DNA from: Mobula hypostoma
Taxonomy: Eukaryota
DNA length: 64,000 bases
Direction of reading: 5' to 3'
Assembly: GCF_963921235.1 (NCBI RefSeq)
Contig: NC_086118.1
Span: 17,176,001-17,240,000 of the forward strand
A program made the position numbers and the translations under genes. Below are positions 38,111 to 49,865 of this stretch, in pieces. The first letter of the stretch is position 1; each line of letters starts with the position of its first letter. The notes beneath the pieces were generated by a model. The model was not told where the DNA came from, made no database searches, and saw only the letters and a list, made by a program, of their open reading frames with translations.

Positions 38111-39317
38111 CTGATTTTTATCTGCTGCAGTTTTATTTTTTTCCCAAACTTCTGACTATTTGAAAGAATAGAGCGAAACTTGTTTTCTTAAAAAAAAAGG
38201 AAAAAGCCCACTCAAGTGAGGAACATGACATTAAGCAATGCCACTGATCTTGACAAACCCAGGTAAGTTAGAAGTTGCGGCAATGAAGTTCTGCAGATGC
38301 GGCTTGCACTTCAGAATGGTAAGTGTCCAGCTGATGTGGAAGTGCACAAGACGATTTGGGAGGAAGAGTCAAGAAGGGTGGGACCATGTCAAAATAAACA
38401 CTAAGTTTCTCCTACAAGATAGGACGTTTGATGTCATGTACGCACATCTCTCTGTGGACAGAGAGCGAGAGATCAGTGGATGTGCAAACACACTAGACTG
38501 TGAAATTGTAGGAAATGCTGCAGCCTGCAGAAATGCCGCAGCCTGCAGAAATGCCAGTGTTGATAAGTACCAAAATATAGAGCAGAGGGAACGGGTCAAA
38601 GTTAAGGCATGGGATGATAAGTGAACGGGAACATTTTAACAAACAAGTGCCAAGCAATGTCCATCTTTAGCTAACTGAAGTCCAGCCTGCTCATCTTGCC
38701 GTTGCAGTTTCGAATGCATCGTGAAGACATGAAATCAAAAGAAGCAATTGTATAAATAGTGACCAACTCTGGAACATAAAGCAATAAACAAGGATCAGAA
38801 AAATTAGGTGCAGGAGCCGGGGATTGAGCCCCTTATTGCCACTGGTATGACTGAGAACTGAACTGCTTTTTTGTCAATCCACCTTTCAATTACTTGTTAT
38901 CAATATGCAATCTATCTATGCCTTCAAAATATTCGAAGACTGCTTTTCAGGAAGAAAGTTGGTACTCATCTCAGAGAGCAAAATTTCCTCTTTCTGTCTT
39001 AAAAGAGCAAGCCTTTTTTTTGTCCAAATCCACCTTGTCAAAGCATCTCAGGATCTCAAATGTTTCAATCAAGTGATCTGTCACATCTCTAAACCAGCAG
39101 ACCCAGGCATAACCAGTCCATTTTATCTTCAAAAGGCAACTTATCCATTCTAGATATTGGTCTAGGAAACCTATTCTAAACTGTCAATCAAAGTTGATGT
39201 TGCTAATGACCTATCTCTGAACCATATTTTCACTAGTTATGTGTGGAATTCCCCTCGCAATAAACTATAATAGTTTGTTCTGTGTGGTGAGGAATAAACA
39301 GTCAATATTTCAGGCCC

Positions 39318-42300
39318 TCTGGTCTGAGACTCGCCCTCAAAGGAAACATCTTCTTCACATCCACCCTATCTAGGTTTTCAACATTCAATAGGTTTCGATG
39401 AGATCACCCAGAGCCTTCAATCGCTCCTCATATGATAACCCTTTCATTCCTGGAATCATTCTCGTGAATCTGCTCTGAACCCTCTCCAGTGTTGGCACCA
39501 TCCTTTCCTAAATAAAGGGCCCAAAACTACTCATAGTTCTCCAAGGGAGGATTCACCAGTGCTTTATACAGCCTCATACAGCCTCAGCATTATAACCTTG
39601 CCTCTATATTCCAGTCCTCTAGGAATGAATGCTAATATTGCATTCACCTTCCTCACCACTGATTCAACTTGCAAATTAATGTTTAGGGAATCCTGCACGA
39701 GGACTCTCAAATCCATTTCCACCTCTGATTTTTAAATTTTTTTCCCTGTTTATAAAATAGTCTATGTTTATATTCCTTCTACCAAAGTCCATGAACATAC
39801 ACTTCCCAATACTGTATTCCATCTGCCATCTCTTTGCCCATTCTCCCAATCCGCCTAAGTCCTTCTGCAGCCTCTGTGCTTCCTCAACAATAAATGCCCC
39901 TCCAGCTGTCTTTGTATCATCCACAAAGCCATCAATTTTATCATCCAAACCATCGACATACAAAGTAAAAAGAAGGGGTCCCAATACAGACCCCTGTGCA
40001 ACACCGTTAGTTACTGGCAGCCAATCCAAAAAGGATCCCTTTAGTCCCTCTCTTTGCCTCCTGCCAAGAAGCCAATGCTCCATCCATGCTAGTATCTTTC
40101 CTGTAATACCATAGGGTTTTATCTTGTTTATCAGCCTCATGTGTGACAGCTTGTTAAAGGCCTTCTGAGAATCCAAGTATACAACATCCACTGATTCCAC
40201 TTTGTCTACCCCAGTTGTTATTTCTTCAAATAATTCCAACAGACTTGTCAGGCAAGATTTTCTCTTAAGGACACTATGCTGACTTTGGTCTATTTTGTCA
40301 TATGCCCAAAAGTGACCCAAAACCACACCCTTAACAATCGACTCCAGCATTTTCCCAACCACAGAGATCAGGCTAACAAGCCTATAATTTCCTTCCTTCT
40401 ACTTCCTTCTCTTCTCGAAGAATGGAGAGATATTTGCAATTTTTGAGTCCTCTGGAACCATGCCAGAATCTATTGGCTCTGAAAGATTATTATTAATGCC
40501 TCCACAATCTCTTCAGCTACCTCTTTCAGAACCCTGGGGTGTAGTCCATCAGATCCAGGTGACTTCTTATCTACCGTAAGAGCTTCCAGTTTCCCTAGAA
40601 ATAGCAACTGCACTCACTTCTGCTAGCCGCCAGTCTCGAATTTTGGCTCTATTATATCCTCTTTTGCTTTTATGTTGGTTTTGACTTCTGTTGTCAGCCA
40701 TGGTTGTGTCATCCTGCATTTAGAATACTTCCTCTTCTTTGGGATGTGTCTGTCCTGTGCCTTCTACATTGTTCACAGAAACCAACCATTGCTGCTTTGC
40801 CATCATCCCTGCTAGTATCCTCTTCCAGTCAACTTTGGCCAGCTCACCTCTCATTCTTCTGTAATTCCCTTTATTCCGCTGTAATACTGATACATCTGAC
40901 CTTTGCTTCTCCATCTCAATTGCAGGGTGACTTCAATTATATTATCATCACTGTTTCCTAAGGATTCCTTTACCTTAAGGTCCCTAATCGTATCCATTTC
41001 ATTACACAATACCCAATCCAGAATTGCTGATCCCCTCGAGAGCTCAAACAAAAGCTGCTACAAAAATTCAGCTCAGAGGGATTTCACAAATTCCCTTTTT
41101 TGGGATCCAGCATCAACTTGATTTTCCCAATCCATCTTGCATATTGAAATCCCACATGACTAATGTAACATTTTCTTTTTGACATGCTTTTCCTATCTCT
41201 CACTGTAATTTGTAGACCACATCCCAGCTACTGTTCAGAGACCTGTAAAAAACTCCCAGAGTCTTCTTACCCTTGCAGTTTGTTAATTCTACCCACGAGT
41301 ATTCTCCATCTTCTGATCCAATGTCACCTCTTTCTAAAGATTTGATTTCATTTTTTACGAGCAGAGCTGCTCTCCTCCTCTGCTTACCTGTCTCTGCTTT
41401 CAAAAGAGTGTTTATCCTTGGATATTAAGCTCCCAACTACAATTATCTTTCTGCCATGATTCTGTGGTACCCACAATATCATACCTGCCAATCTTTAACT
41501 GTGCTACATGATCATTTACCTTATTTTGTATACTGTGTGCATTCAAGTATAACACCTTCAGTCATGTGTATGTCACCCTTTTCAATTTTGTCCCCCTTTT
41601 ACACTGCAACCCATCTTACTGACTGCAATATTTCCCTACCATTTGCCTGTCCTTCCTGACAGTCTCACTATACACTACCTCTGCTTGTATACCAATATCC
41701 CAATCCTCAGCCCTATCACTGTGGTTCCTATCCCCATGCCAAATTCGTTTAAACCCTTACCAACAGCCCTAGCAAACGTGCCTCAAGGATATTGGTCCCC
41801 CTCGGGTTCAGGTATAGCTCATACCTTCCCCAGAAGAAAACCCAAAGATTCCATAAATCTGAAACCCCACCTTCTGCACCAGTTCCTCAACCACACATCC
41901 TTCTGCCGAATCATCCTGCCCTTACCCTCACCGGTGCGTGGCTCAGGCAGCAATCCAGAGATTGTTACCCTGGAGGGACTGATTTTCAGCTTTCTACCTA
42001 GCTCTCTAAATTCTTTCTTTAGGACCTCCCCTCTTTTCCTTCCTATGTTATGGGAATCAATATGCACCAAGACATCTGGCTGCTAACCTTCCTCCTTTAG
42101 AGCATTCTGGATACAATCCAAGACATCCCTGGCCCTTCCACCTGAGAGGAAACATACCATATGGATCTCTCTATTGCCTCCACAGACTCTCCTGTTTAGT
42201 CCTCTCACTATGGAATCTCTCACTATGTGTTGAGCATGTGGCCAAGTGGTTAAGGCTAGTGATCTGGAGGTCGCTAGTTCGAGCCTCAGCTGTGGCAGTG

Positions 42301-43070
42301 CGTTTATGTCCTTGAGCAAGGCACTTAACCACACATTGCTCTAGTGTCTGTGCGAGGAGTGGCGCCCCACACAGACTTCCAATCTGCACCTTGTAAGGCA
42401 TGAAAATGCCCAACGCAGGCCTCTCATGGTCTGAGTCGACATTGCCTCCCCTCCCCCTCTCTCCTATGGAATCTCCTATCACCAATGCGTTTCTCCTCTG
42501 CCTCCTTCCCTCCTGAGCCACAACCCCAGACTCAGTGCCAGAGACCCAGTTTCCGCAGCTCCCTCCCCAACAGCACCCAATACAGTACTATTGTTATTGA
42601 GGGGAACGGCCACAGGGGTATGACAGTCACCCATTCACCTGCCTGCTGTAACCTAGGGGTGACTACCTCCCTGTAGCTCTTATCGAGCATCTCCTCAGTT
42701 TTCCTTATGAGCCAAAGGTCCTCGAGTTGGAGCTCCAACATGCTTTCTGAGGGGATGCAGCTTGGTGCAGCTGGTGCAGATGTGGTTATCCCGGAGGCTG
42801 GAGCTTTTCAGGACTCCCACATCTCACACAAAGAACAAAACACAGCGCCTGCAGCCATTCTTACTTCCCTAACTATACACTTACAGATGAAGAATGAGCA
42901 AGAAAAACTCTCCGGATACTAACGCCACCCATGCCTGCTATTGCCCAAGCCTTTTGAGCCAAAGTCAAAAGTCTCCCCACTTTAACACTGCCCCACACCA
43001 ACAATGGCTGCCTTGCTTGCCCTGCTTGATTTGACCTTGCTAATGAATCCCAAACTTCGCTTGGCTGCTG
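39318..43070 (-). mobile_element. Degraded long CR1 LINE
   Basis: RT ORF 39676-40362 (GVAQGSVLGP), endonuclease remnants at 40.7-41.5 kb, ORF1 esterase remnants at 41.8-42.8 kb. Confidence 0.88.
42220..42463 (+). mobile_element. tRNA-derived SINE inserted in CR1 ORF1
   Basis: A box TGGCCAAGTGG, B box GTTCGAGCC, TGTCCTTGAGCAAGGCACTTAACC core-like box; CTATGGAATCTC duplicated at 42208-42219 and 42464-42475. Confidence 0.82.
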
Positions 43071-46000
43071 ATCAAGCACTGAAAAACAGCTACGAAGGTC
43101 TGATTGTTAAAGCACTCTCCTCAACCTGGGCGAAGACAGCATTTCTTTTTGCCTCCGAACTTCGATTGCCACTGTCCTATTGTGTTTCTGTTTTGTGGCT
43201 GCCCAAAAGGAGACAAGTCCCGCGATTGTATATGGTATATATACTTTGGTAATAAATATGCTTTGAATTTGAAACTTTGATTTCCATTGTGAATTTCGCA
43301 GAGTACATATGTTTTCAATTTGTGCTCCCAAGTTCCCGCCTAATAGCATCATAATTCCCCCTTCCCCAATTAAACACTTTCCCATACTGTCTGCTCCTAT
43401 CTTATGCATCTCCTTATGTTCTCTTCACTATTTACTTTCCTATTGATCTTGGTGTTATCACCAAATTTAGCCATTATATCTGTTTCCTATTAGTCAGTCA
43501 GTCTTACATACAGCATTTGCCAACTTATTGTCTCCCACGCTATGAGCATTTATTTTCCTCAAAAAACTTTGATGCAGCTCCTTATCAATGCTTTCTGGAA
43601 ATTTTAATATACAGTACTGTATTCAGTTTGCCTTATCTATTACATATGTTACTTCTTTAACGGATGCCAGTAAATTTGTCAAAGATGATTACCCCTTCAT
43701 AAAACAAAGTTGGCTCTTTCTGTTTACTCTGAGTTTATCTTGGTGCCCTGATATAACATCTTTAACAAAAACTCCTAACATTTTCCCCCAACAGACAGGA
43801 AACCAACAGTCTCTTTTCTGTTTTCTATCTTTACCTCTTTTTGAATAAAATGTTTTATTTATTATTTCCATTCTCATGGCACCTTTCCCAACATCTAGAG
43901 AATTTTGGAAAATTAAATCCAATGCAAATGTTATCTCATAACCCCATGAGTAACCAAAAGCTGGTCAGCTCTCACCTCCAACTATTTGCTAAGTGTGATT
44001 TTGCCTGGGTGTCATAATTTTCCTGAGCTCCCAATTTCCAATGTAAAACAATTTCTACAATATATTTCTATTAAGAAGGCTAATGCAATATACCTGTTTA
44101 ATTTATCAGCCATTTCTTTGTTTTTCATTCTTAATTCCCAACTTCACTTTTAATAGACTTAATGGTCCCTCGTTAGCTCTTTATGGTTACATACTGTTTC
44201 TGTTGATACGCGAATTATACTGACTAGCCTCATCTTATATTTTTCCTTCCTTAGTATTTATTGAGTTACTCTTTTACTTCTTTATATATATATAATTCTG
44301 CCCAACCTGCTCACCTGTATTTATGCAGATACATGTTGTTCTTTAAGTTGATATGGCCTCCAACTTTTCTTCCTCATTGTGAATATAGAAACAAGTATTA
44401 AACCTTAACTCCAACAAAATAGATCATCTCTGAGTTTGTATGGTCTAAGGTGTGACAGCCTGATGTTCACTATCAGATCCCACTTCGAATACCCAATAAC
44501 AGCCCTAAACTTCTGTCCCTCCACTACATCCAGTGACAGTCAGGCGATAAAATGCATATTCATTCAGTAAGGTAACCCCATCATAAGCCCACCACATTAC
44601 GTTGCCCCTTTGGCCCACAAATCTCGGTGGAATACAATACCTGCTGATCATTCTTGATAGGAGGAATGTTCTCTGATGCCAAAAGATATTTAGTTTACTG
44701 TTAACCCCCATCCTACATATAACTCCTTAAACTTCCAGAATAACTTGTTTTATGTGATTCTAAATGATTTAATGCATCTGGTATCTTGCACACAACCTGA
44801 CATCCTAGGGACTTAACAAGAGTTCTGTCAAGAAAGGTTACGTTGTAAGCCAGTCTCAAAGCTGGTTAGATTATTAGAAGAATTTTAGAGCACAGAAAGA
44901 GGTCCTTCATTCCACTCCCTTTTGACTATCAAGCACTAATCCATACTAATGCCATTTAGTGTTTGGACCATTGCTTTCAATGAGTTGGCAATTCAAGTGA
45001 TTGTCTTGATATTTCTTAAACAGATAGTTGCTTTTTAAAAGTCTAGAAAACTAGAGAGACTAGCGTGTGCTAGGGAGCTCAAAGTATAGGTACCAAGGTG
45101 AAGCAATGCCAGGATGGAAGGAGTTTGAAAGTTTCCTAATTAAAACATTTATTCTTGACTTGGCTTCTTAATCCCAGAGAACCTGACTTTTTTTCCATCT
45201 TCATTCCTCTACATATAAGCTAACCAATGCCTAAATTTCATTCTGTATCCTTCATTGACTTAAACCACAATGCCGCAATTTCTGTCGTGTATATTTATCA
45301 AAGGGTTCTCCGTGATAGTTTTCATCTTCCTTCGATTAATATTCACTTTGATCATCATGAATGAACATTTTGCATCTTTGTCAAAGCTCAAAGCAAGATA
45401 CAGACCTTGTGCAGCTGTAACAGAATTTCATCACAATTTCCTCTGAATTAGAATAGTATAGAATAGTGGAGAGTGCAGTTTGCTCGGGAAAGCTCACGCA
45501 AAATCGCCAGTTACCGGCGCCATCTTTAGTTTCTGCTAATTTGATGAGTAGTTCAAAATTCTATTGGATCCAATTGATTTGGTTTGGGAAAGAACATAGA
45601 ACAAAGATCATTATAGCACATTATAATCCCCTCGTCCCTTGATGTCGTGTTGACCTTATAACCTAGTCTAAGTTCAATTTAACACATCACTCCTACATCA
45701 CCTTCCATTTTTCTGTAACCCATATGTCTATCAGAGAGATGCTTAAATGCCCCTAATATATCAGCCTCTTCCACCACCCTGGCATGATGTTCCATGTGCC
45801 CACCATTCTCTGTGTAAATGCTAAGGGTTGAGAACTGGAGTGATAAGGCTGTGGATGGGGCAATTGGTATACAACCAGATGAGGTGTATAGTAAGAATGT
45901 GAGGAAGGACAGGAAGATGATAAGGTAAAAATTGCAATGAGTGGGATGAGTTAAAGTGTAATGGGGGCAAAAGCAAAAAGGGTGGTGAATACAGGACTGA

Positions 46001-47077
46001 AGGTGTTATGTTTGAATGCACGCAGTATACGGAATAAGGTAGATGATCTTGTAGCAGTCAGAGATTTACAGCTGTGACATTATGCGCATCGCTGAGACGT
46101 GACTGAAAGAAGATCATACTTGAGAGTTTAATATCCAAGTATACATATTGTACCGAAAGGACATGCTGGTAGTCAGAGGGGGTGGCTATTGATAAAAAAT
46201 GAAATCAAATCCTTAGAAAGAAGTGACATAAGATCAGAGGAATCAGAAGATGTAGAATCCTTATGGGTAGTGTTAAGAAACCATAAGGGCAAAAAGACTC
46301 TGATGGGAGTTACATACATGCCGCCAAAAAGTAGCCAGGATGTGGGCTACAAATTACAACAGGAGATAGAAAAAGGGCAATGATGAGATAATCATGGGGG
46401 ATTTCAATGCGCAGGTTGATTGGGAAAATTAGGCTCCCAAGAGAGAGAATTTGTAGAATGCCGACGAGATGGCTCTCTAGAGTAGCTTATGGTTGACCCC
46501 GCTAGGGAATTGCAATTCTGGATTGTGTAATGAAGCGGATTTGATTCAGAAGCATAAGGTAAAGGAACCCTTCAGAGACAGTGATCATAATATGATAGAA
46601 TTCATCCTGCAGTTTGAGAAGGAAAAGCTAAAATCAGATGTATCAGTACCTGTATTACAGTGGAGTAAAACAAATTTCAGAGGCATGAAAGAAGACCTGG
46701 CCAAAGTTGATTGGAAGGGAACACTAGCAGGGATGATGTCAGAACAGCAATGGCTGATGTTTCTGGGGAAAATTCAGAAGGGTCTGGAAAGATACATTCC
46801 AAAATGAAGAATTATTCCAAAGAGAAGATGATGCAACTGTGGCTGACAAGAAATGTCAAAGACAGCATAAAAGCAAACGAGAGGGCATACAATATTGCAG
46901 AAAATTAGAGGGAAGGTAGAGGATTGGGAAGCTTTTAAAAAAGCAACAGAAAGCAACTAAAAAAGCCATAAAAAGTGAAAAGATGAAATATGAAGGTAAG
47001 CAAGCCAATAATTTAAAGGAGGATACAAAAAGTTTTTTTTTCAGATATATGAAGAGTAGAAGAGATCTGAGAGTGGA

Positions 47078-47762
47078 GCAACACACATAAAAAATGCTGG
47101 TGAACGCAGCAGGCCAGGCAGCATCTATAGGAAGAGGTACAGTCGACGTTTCATTTTTTTATGTGTGTTGCTTGAATTTCCAGCATCTGCAGATTTCCTC
47201 ATGTTTAGGGATTCCTTTCGTTTAGCAGTAATTTTGTCACTGATAGTTACTGGTGTGTAATAAGCACTAAGAGACAATCCAGAACTGTTTCGCTCACTGT
47301 GGATTCAAGCAATTAGCATTAAAAATTAAAAATTAAAAAACCTAAAAATTACTTCACACAACTCTAAAAATTCCTAAACAGCAGGAATTCTGCAGATGCT
47401 GGAAATTCAAGCAACACACATAAAAGTTGCTGGTGAACGCAGCAGGCCAGGCAGCATCTATAGAAAGAGGTACAGTCGACGTTTCGGGCCGAGACCCTTC
47501 GTCAGGACTAACTGGAATGATAAGGCTGTGGATGGGGCAATTGGTATACAACTAGATGAGGTGTATAGTGAGAATGTGAAGAAGGACAGGAAGATGATAA
47601 GGTAACAATTGCAATGAGTGGGATGAGTTAAAGTGTAACAGAAGGGTCTCGGCCCGAAACATCGACTGTACCTCTTCCTATAGATGCTGCCTGGCCTGCT
47701 GCGTTCATCAGCATTTTTTTATGTGTGTTGCTTGAATTTCCAGCATCTGCAGATTTCCTCGT
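47078..47762. mobile_element. Composite Penelope-terminal-repeat insertion with captured DNA
   Basis: Four terminal-repeat pieces in alternating orientation plus two foreign segments; 14-bp TSD GATCT(G/A)AGAGTGGA at 47064-47077 and 47763-47776. Confidence 0.85.
47473..47509 (-). ncRNA. Minimal type I hammerhead ribozyme (best-preserved copy)
   Basis: AGTC-CTGACGA-AGGGTCTCGGCCC-GAAA-CGTC-GACTG. Confidence 0.8.
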
Positions 47763-48607
47763 GATCTAAGAGTGGATATGGGTCTACTGGAAAATGATGC
47801 TGTAATAGGGGACAAAGAAATAGTGGACAAACCTATTAAGTATTTTGCATCAGGCTTCACTTTGGAGGACAGTAGCAGAATGCCAGAAATGTAAAAGTGT
47901 CAGGGGGTAGAGGTGAGTGTTGTTACTATTACTAAGGAGAAGGTGCTTGGGAAGTTAAAAAGTCTGAAGATAGATAAATCAGTTGAACCAGTTGGACAAC
48001 ATCCCAGCGTTCTGAAAGAGGTAGCTGAAGAGACTGTGAAGGCATTAGTAATGATCTTTCAAGAATCACTAGGTTCTTCCATGGTTCCAGAAAACTGGAA
48101 GATTGCAAATGTCACTCCACTCTTTAAGAAGGGAGAAAGGATGAAGAAAAGAAATTATAGACTAGTTAGCATGACTTCAGTGGTTGATAAGATGTTAAAG
48201 TCTTCTATTAAGGATGATGTTCCAAGGTACTTGGAAGCACATAATAAAATAGGCCTAAGTCAGCATGGTTTTCCCCAGGGGAAATTTTGCCTAACAAATG
48301 TTGGAATTCTTTGAGGAAACAACAAGCAGACAGACAAAGGAGAGCCAGTGGATGCTGTTAATTTGTATTTTCAGACATCCTTTGACAAGGTGCTGCACAA
48401 GAGAGTGCTTAACAAGCTAAGAGCCCTTGATATTACAAGAAAGGTACAAGCATGGATAAAAGATTGGCTGATTGGCAGGAGGCAAAGAGTGGGTATCTTT
48501 CAGAACACTGGCGTGTCGTCCGATGGTGCAACTGATTTACCTACCTTCAGACTTTTCAGCTTCCCAAGCACCTTCTCCTATTCTGGTTGGCTGCCAGTGA
48601 CTAATGG

Positions 48608-48980
48608 AGGCCGTATCAGCCTCCAGCCGTGGCCGCTTCTTCGAGCTCGGCTCTTCCTTAGGCGGAGGCCTTGGGCAGGTCCAGGCACACGGTGCAGCAC
48701 CAAATTCATCATGTCTCTTCTAACTAAGTGCATAGGTACATGGTGAGGCTTTAATCTCTTCCACGGAAGATGGCCATTGGCTCACAAGGAGCTCATCCAC
48801 CCTTTGTCAAGTCTTGTCTTTTTTAAGTTCTGCTGGCTGTCCTCACACCATCCTCACCAGACTAAGTCCGGTGGGGGAGCCAGCCCAAGTCGCCAATCAC
48901 TCGACCACGGCCCCCGGCTGAGGGCCAGGCGCCCGCCCCCCGCTGAATCTCTTCAAGCGTCCGGCGCCCGACTGAAAACC
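48608..48980 (-). mobile_element. GC-rich repeat fragment, possibly an RTE-type LINE 5' region
   Basis: Abrupt GC/CpG-rich block between two CR1 fragments, with a basic Arg-rich frame; family assignment is tentative. Confidence 0.3.
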
Positions 48981-49025
48981 ATGGTCCTGCCAAATACCCT
49001 TGTAATTTGCCTTACACCCATTTAA

Positions 49026-49797
49026 AACTCCCCTACAAGGACCATAACTATCCTTATTTTAGCTATCTTGAAAGTTAAGGAGTAGTTATCACTGTTTCCT
49101 AACTACTTACCCATTGAAACACCACTCACCTTGCCAGGCTCATTACCCAACACCAGGTCCACTGTTGTTGACAGTCCACATATTGATTTAAGAAACCTTC
49201 CTGGATACACTTAACAAATTCTGCCCCATCTAAACCCCTTGCACTAAGAAGGTCGCAGTTTATATTAGGGAAGTTGAATTCTCCCATGACAACGACCTTA
49301 ATCTTAATCTGTTCCTCAATGTCTCTGTGGCTATTGGGGGATCTGCAGTACAATCCTATCAGTGTGATTGCACCCTTCCTGTTCCTGAGTACTATCCAAA
49401 TGGAATCAGCGTCTGACCCCTCTATTACGTCTCCCCATAGTATAGCTGTGATATTGTCCCTGATTAGTGGTACTACTTCCCACCTCCCCTTTTACCTCTT
49501 TCTTTATCTTTTCTAAAACTTCGAAAACCTGTACATTAATCACCCATTCTTGCCCCTCTTTCAACCAAGTTTCAGTAATGGCCACAACATCATAATTTCA
49601 TGTACTGATCCATGCTCTAATTTAATCACCCTTACCCATAATACTCCTAGCATTAAAATATGCACACTTTAAACTCTCTGACCCATCATACCTGTTATTT
49701 CGATTTTGCCTTTCAATACTTTCCCTGACATCTAACTTCCAGTCAATCCTCCCCTTACTGAGCTGGTGCTCTAGTTCCCAGCCCTCTGCAAAACTAG
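49026..49797 (-). mobile_element. CR1 endonuclease fragment
   Basis: VVVMGEFNFPNIN, GLDGAEFVKCIQEGFL (ORF 49126-49353). Confidence 0.82.
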
Positions 49798-49865
49798 AAA
49801 GTTACTTGTCATTGTCCTTCACTCCAAAGAGAAAAAGAGCGACGCTTCTCATCCAAGTCGGCAGC

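Larger units (their letters stand above)
45822..48606 (+). mobile_element. Degraded CR1 ORF2 fragment with internal insertions
   Basis: CLNARSIRNK, ESLWV, SDHNMIEF, WKIANVTPLFKKG, SQHGF, FDKV motifs. Confidence 0.88.

Noticed and set aside
38512..38555. 18-bp tandem repeat (NAAACR) within ORF 38238-38624
   Set aside because: Simple local duplication of about 2.4 units; no evidence that the ORF is coding.
42228..42295. tRNA gene
   Set aside because: A and B boxes are present but there is no full cloverleaf; it continues into a SINE body with a TSD.
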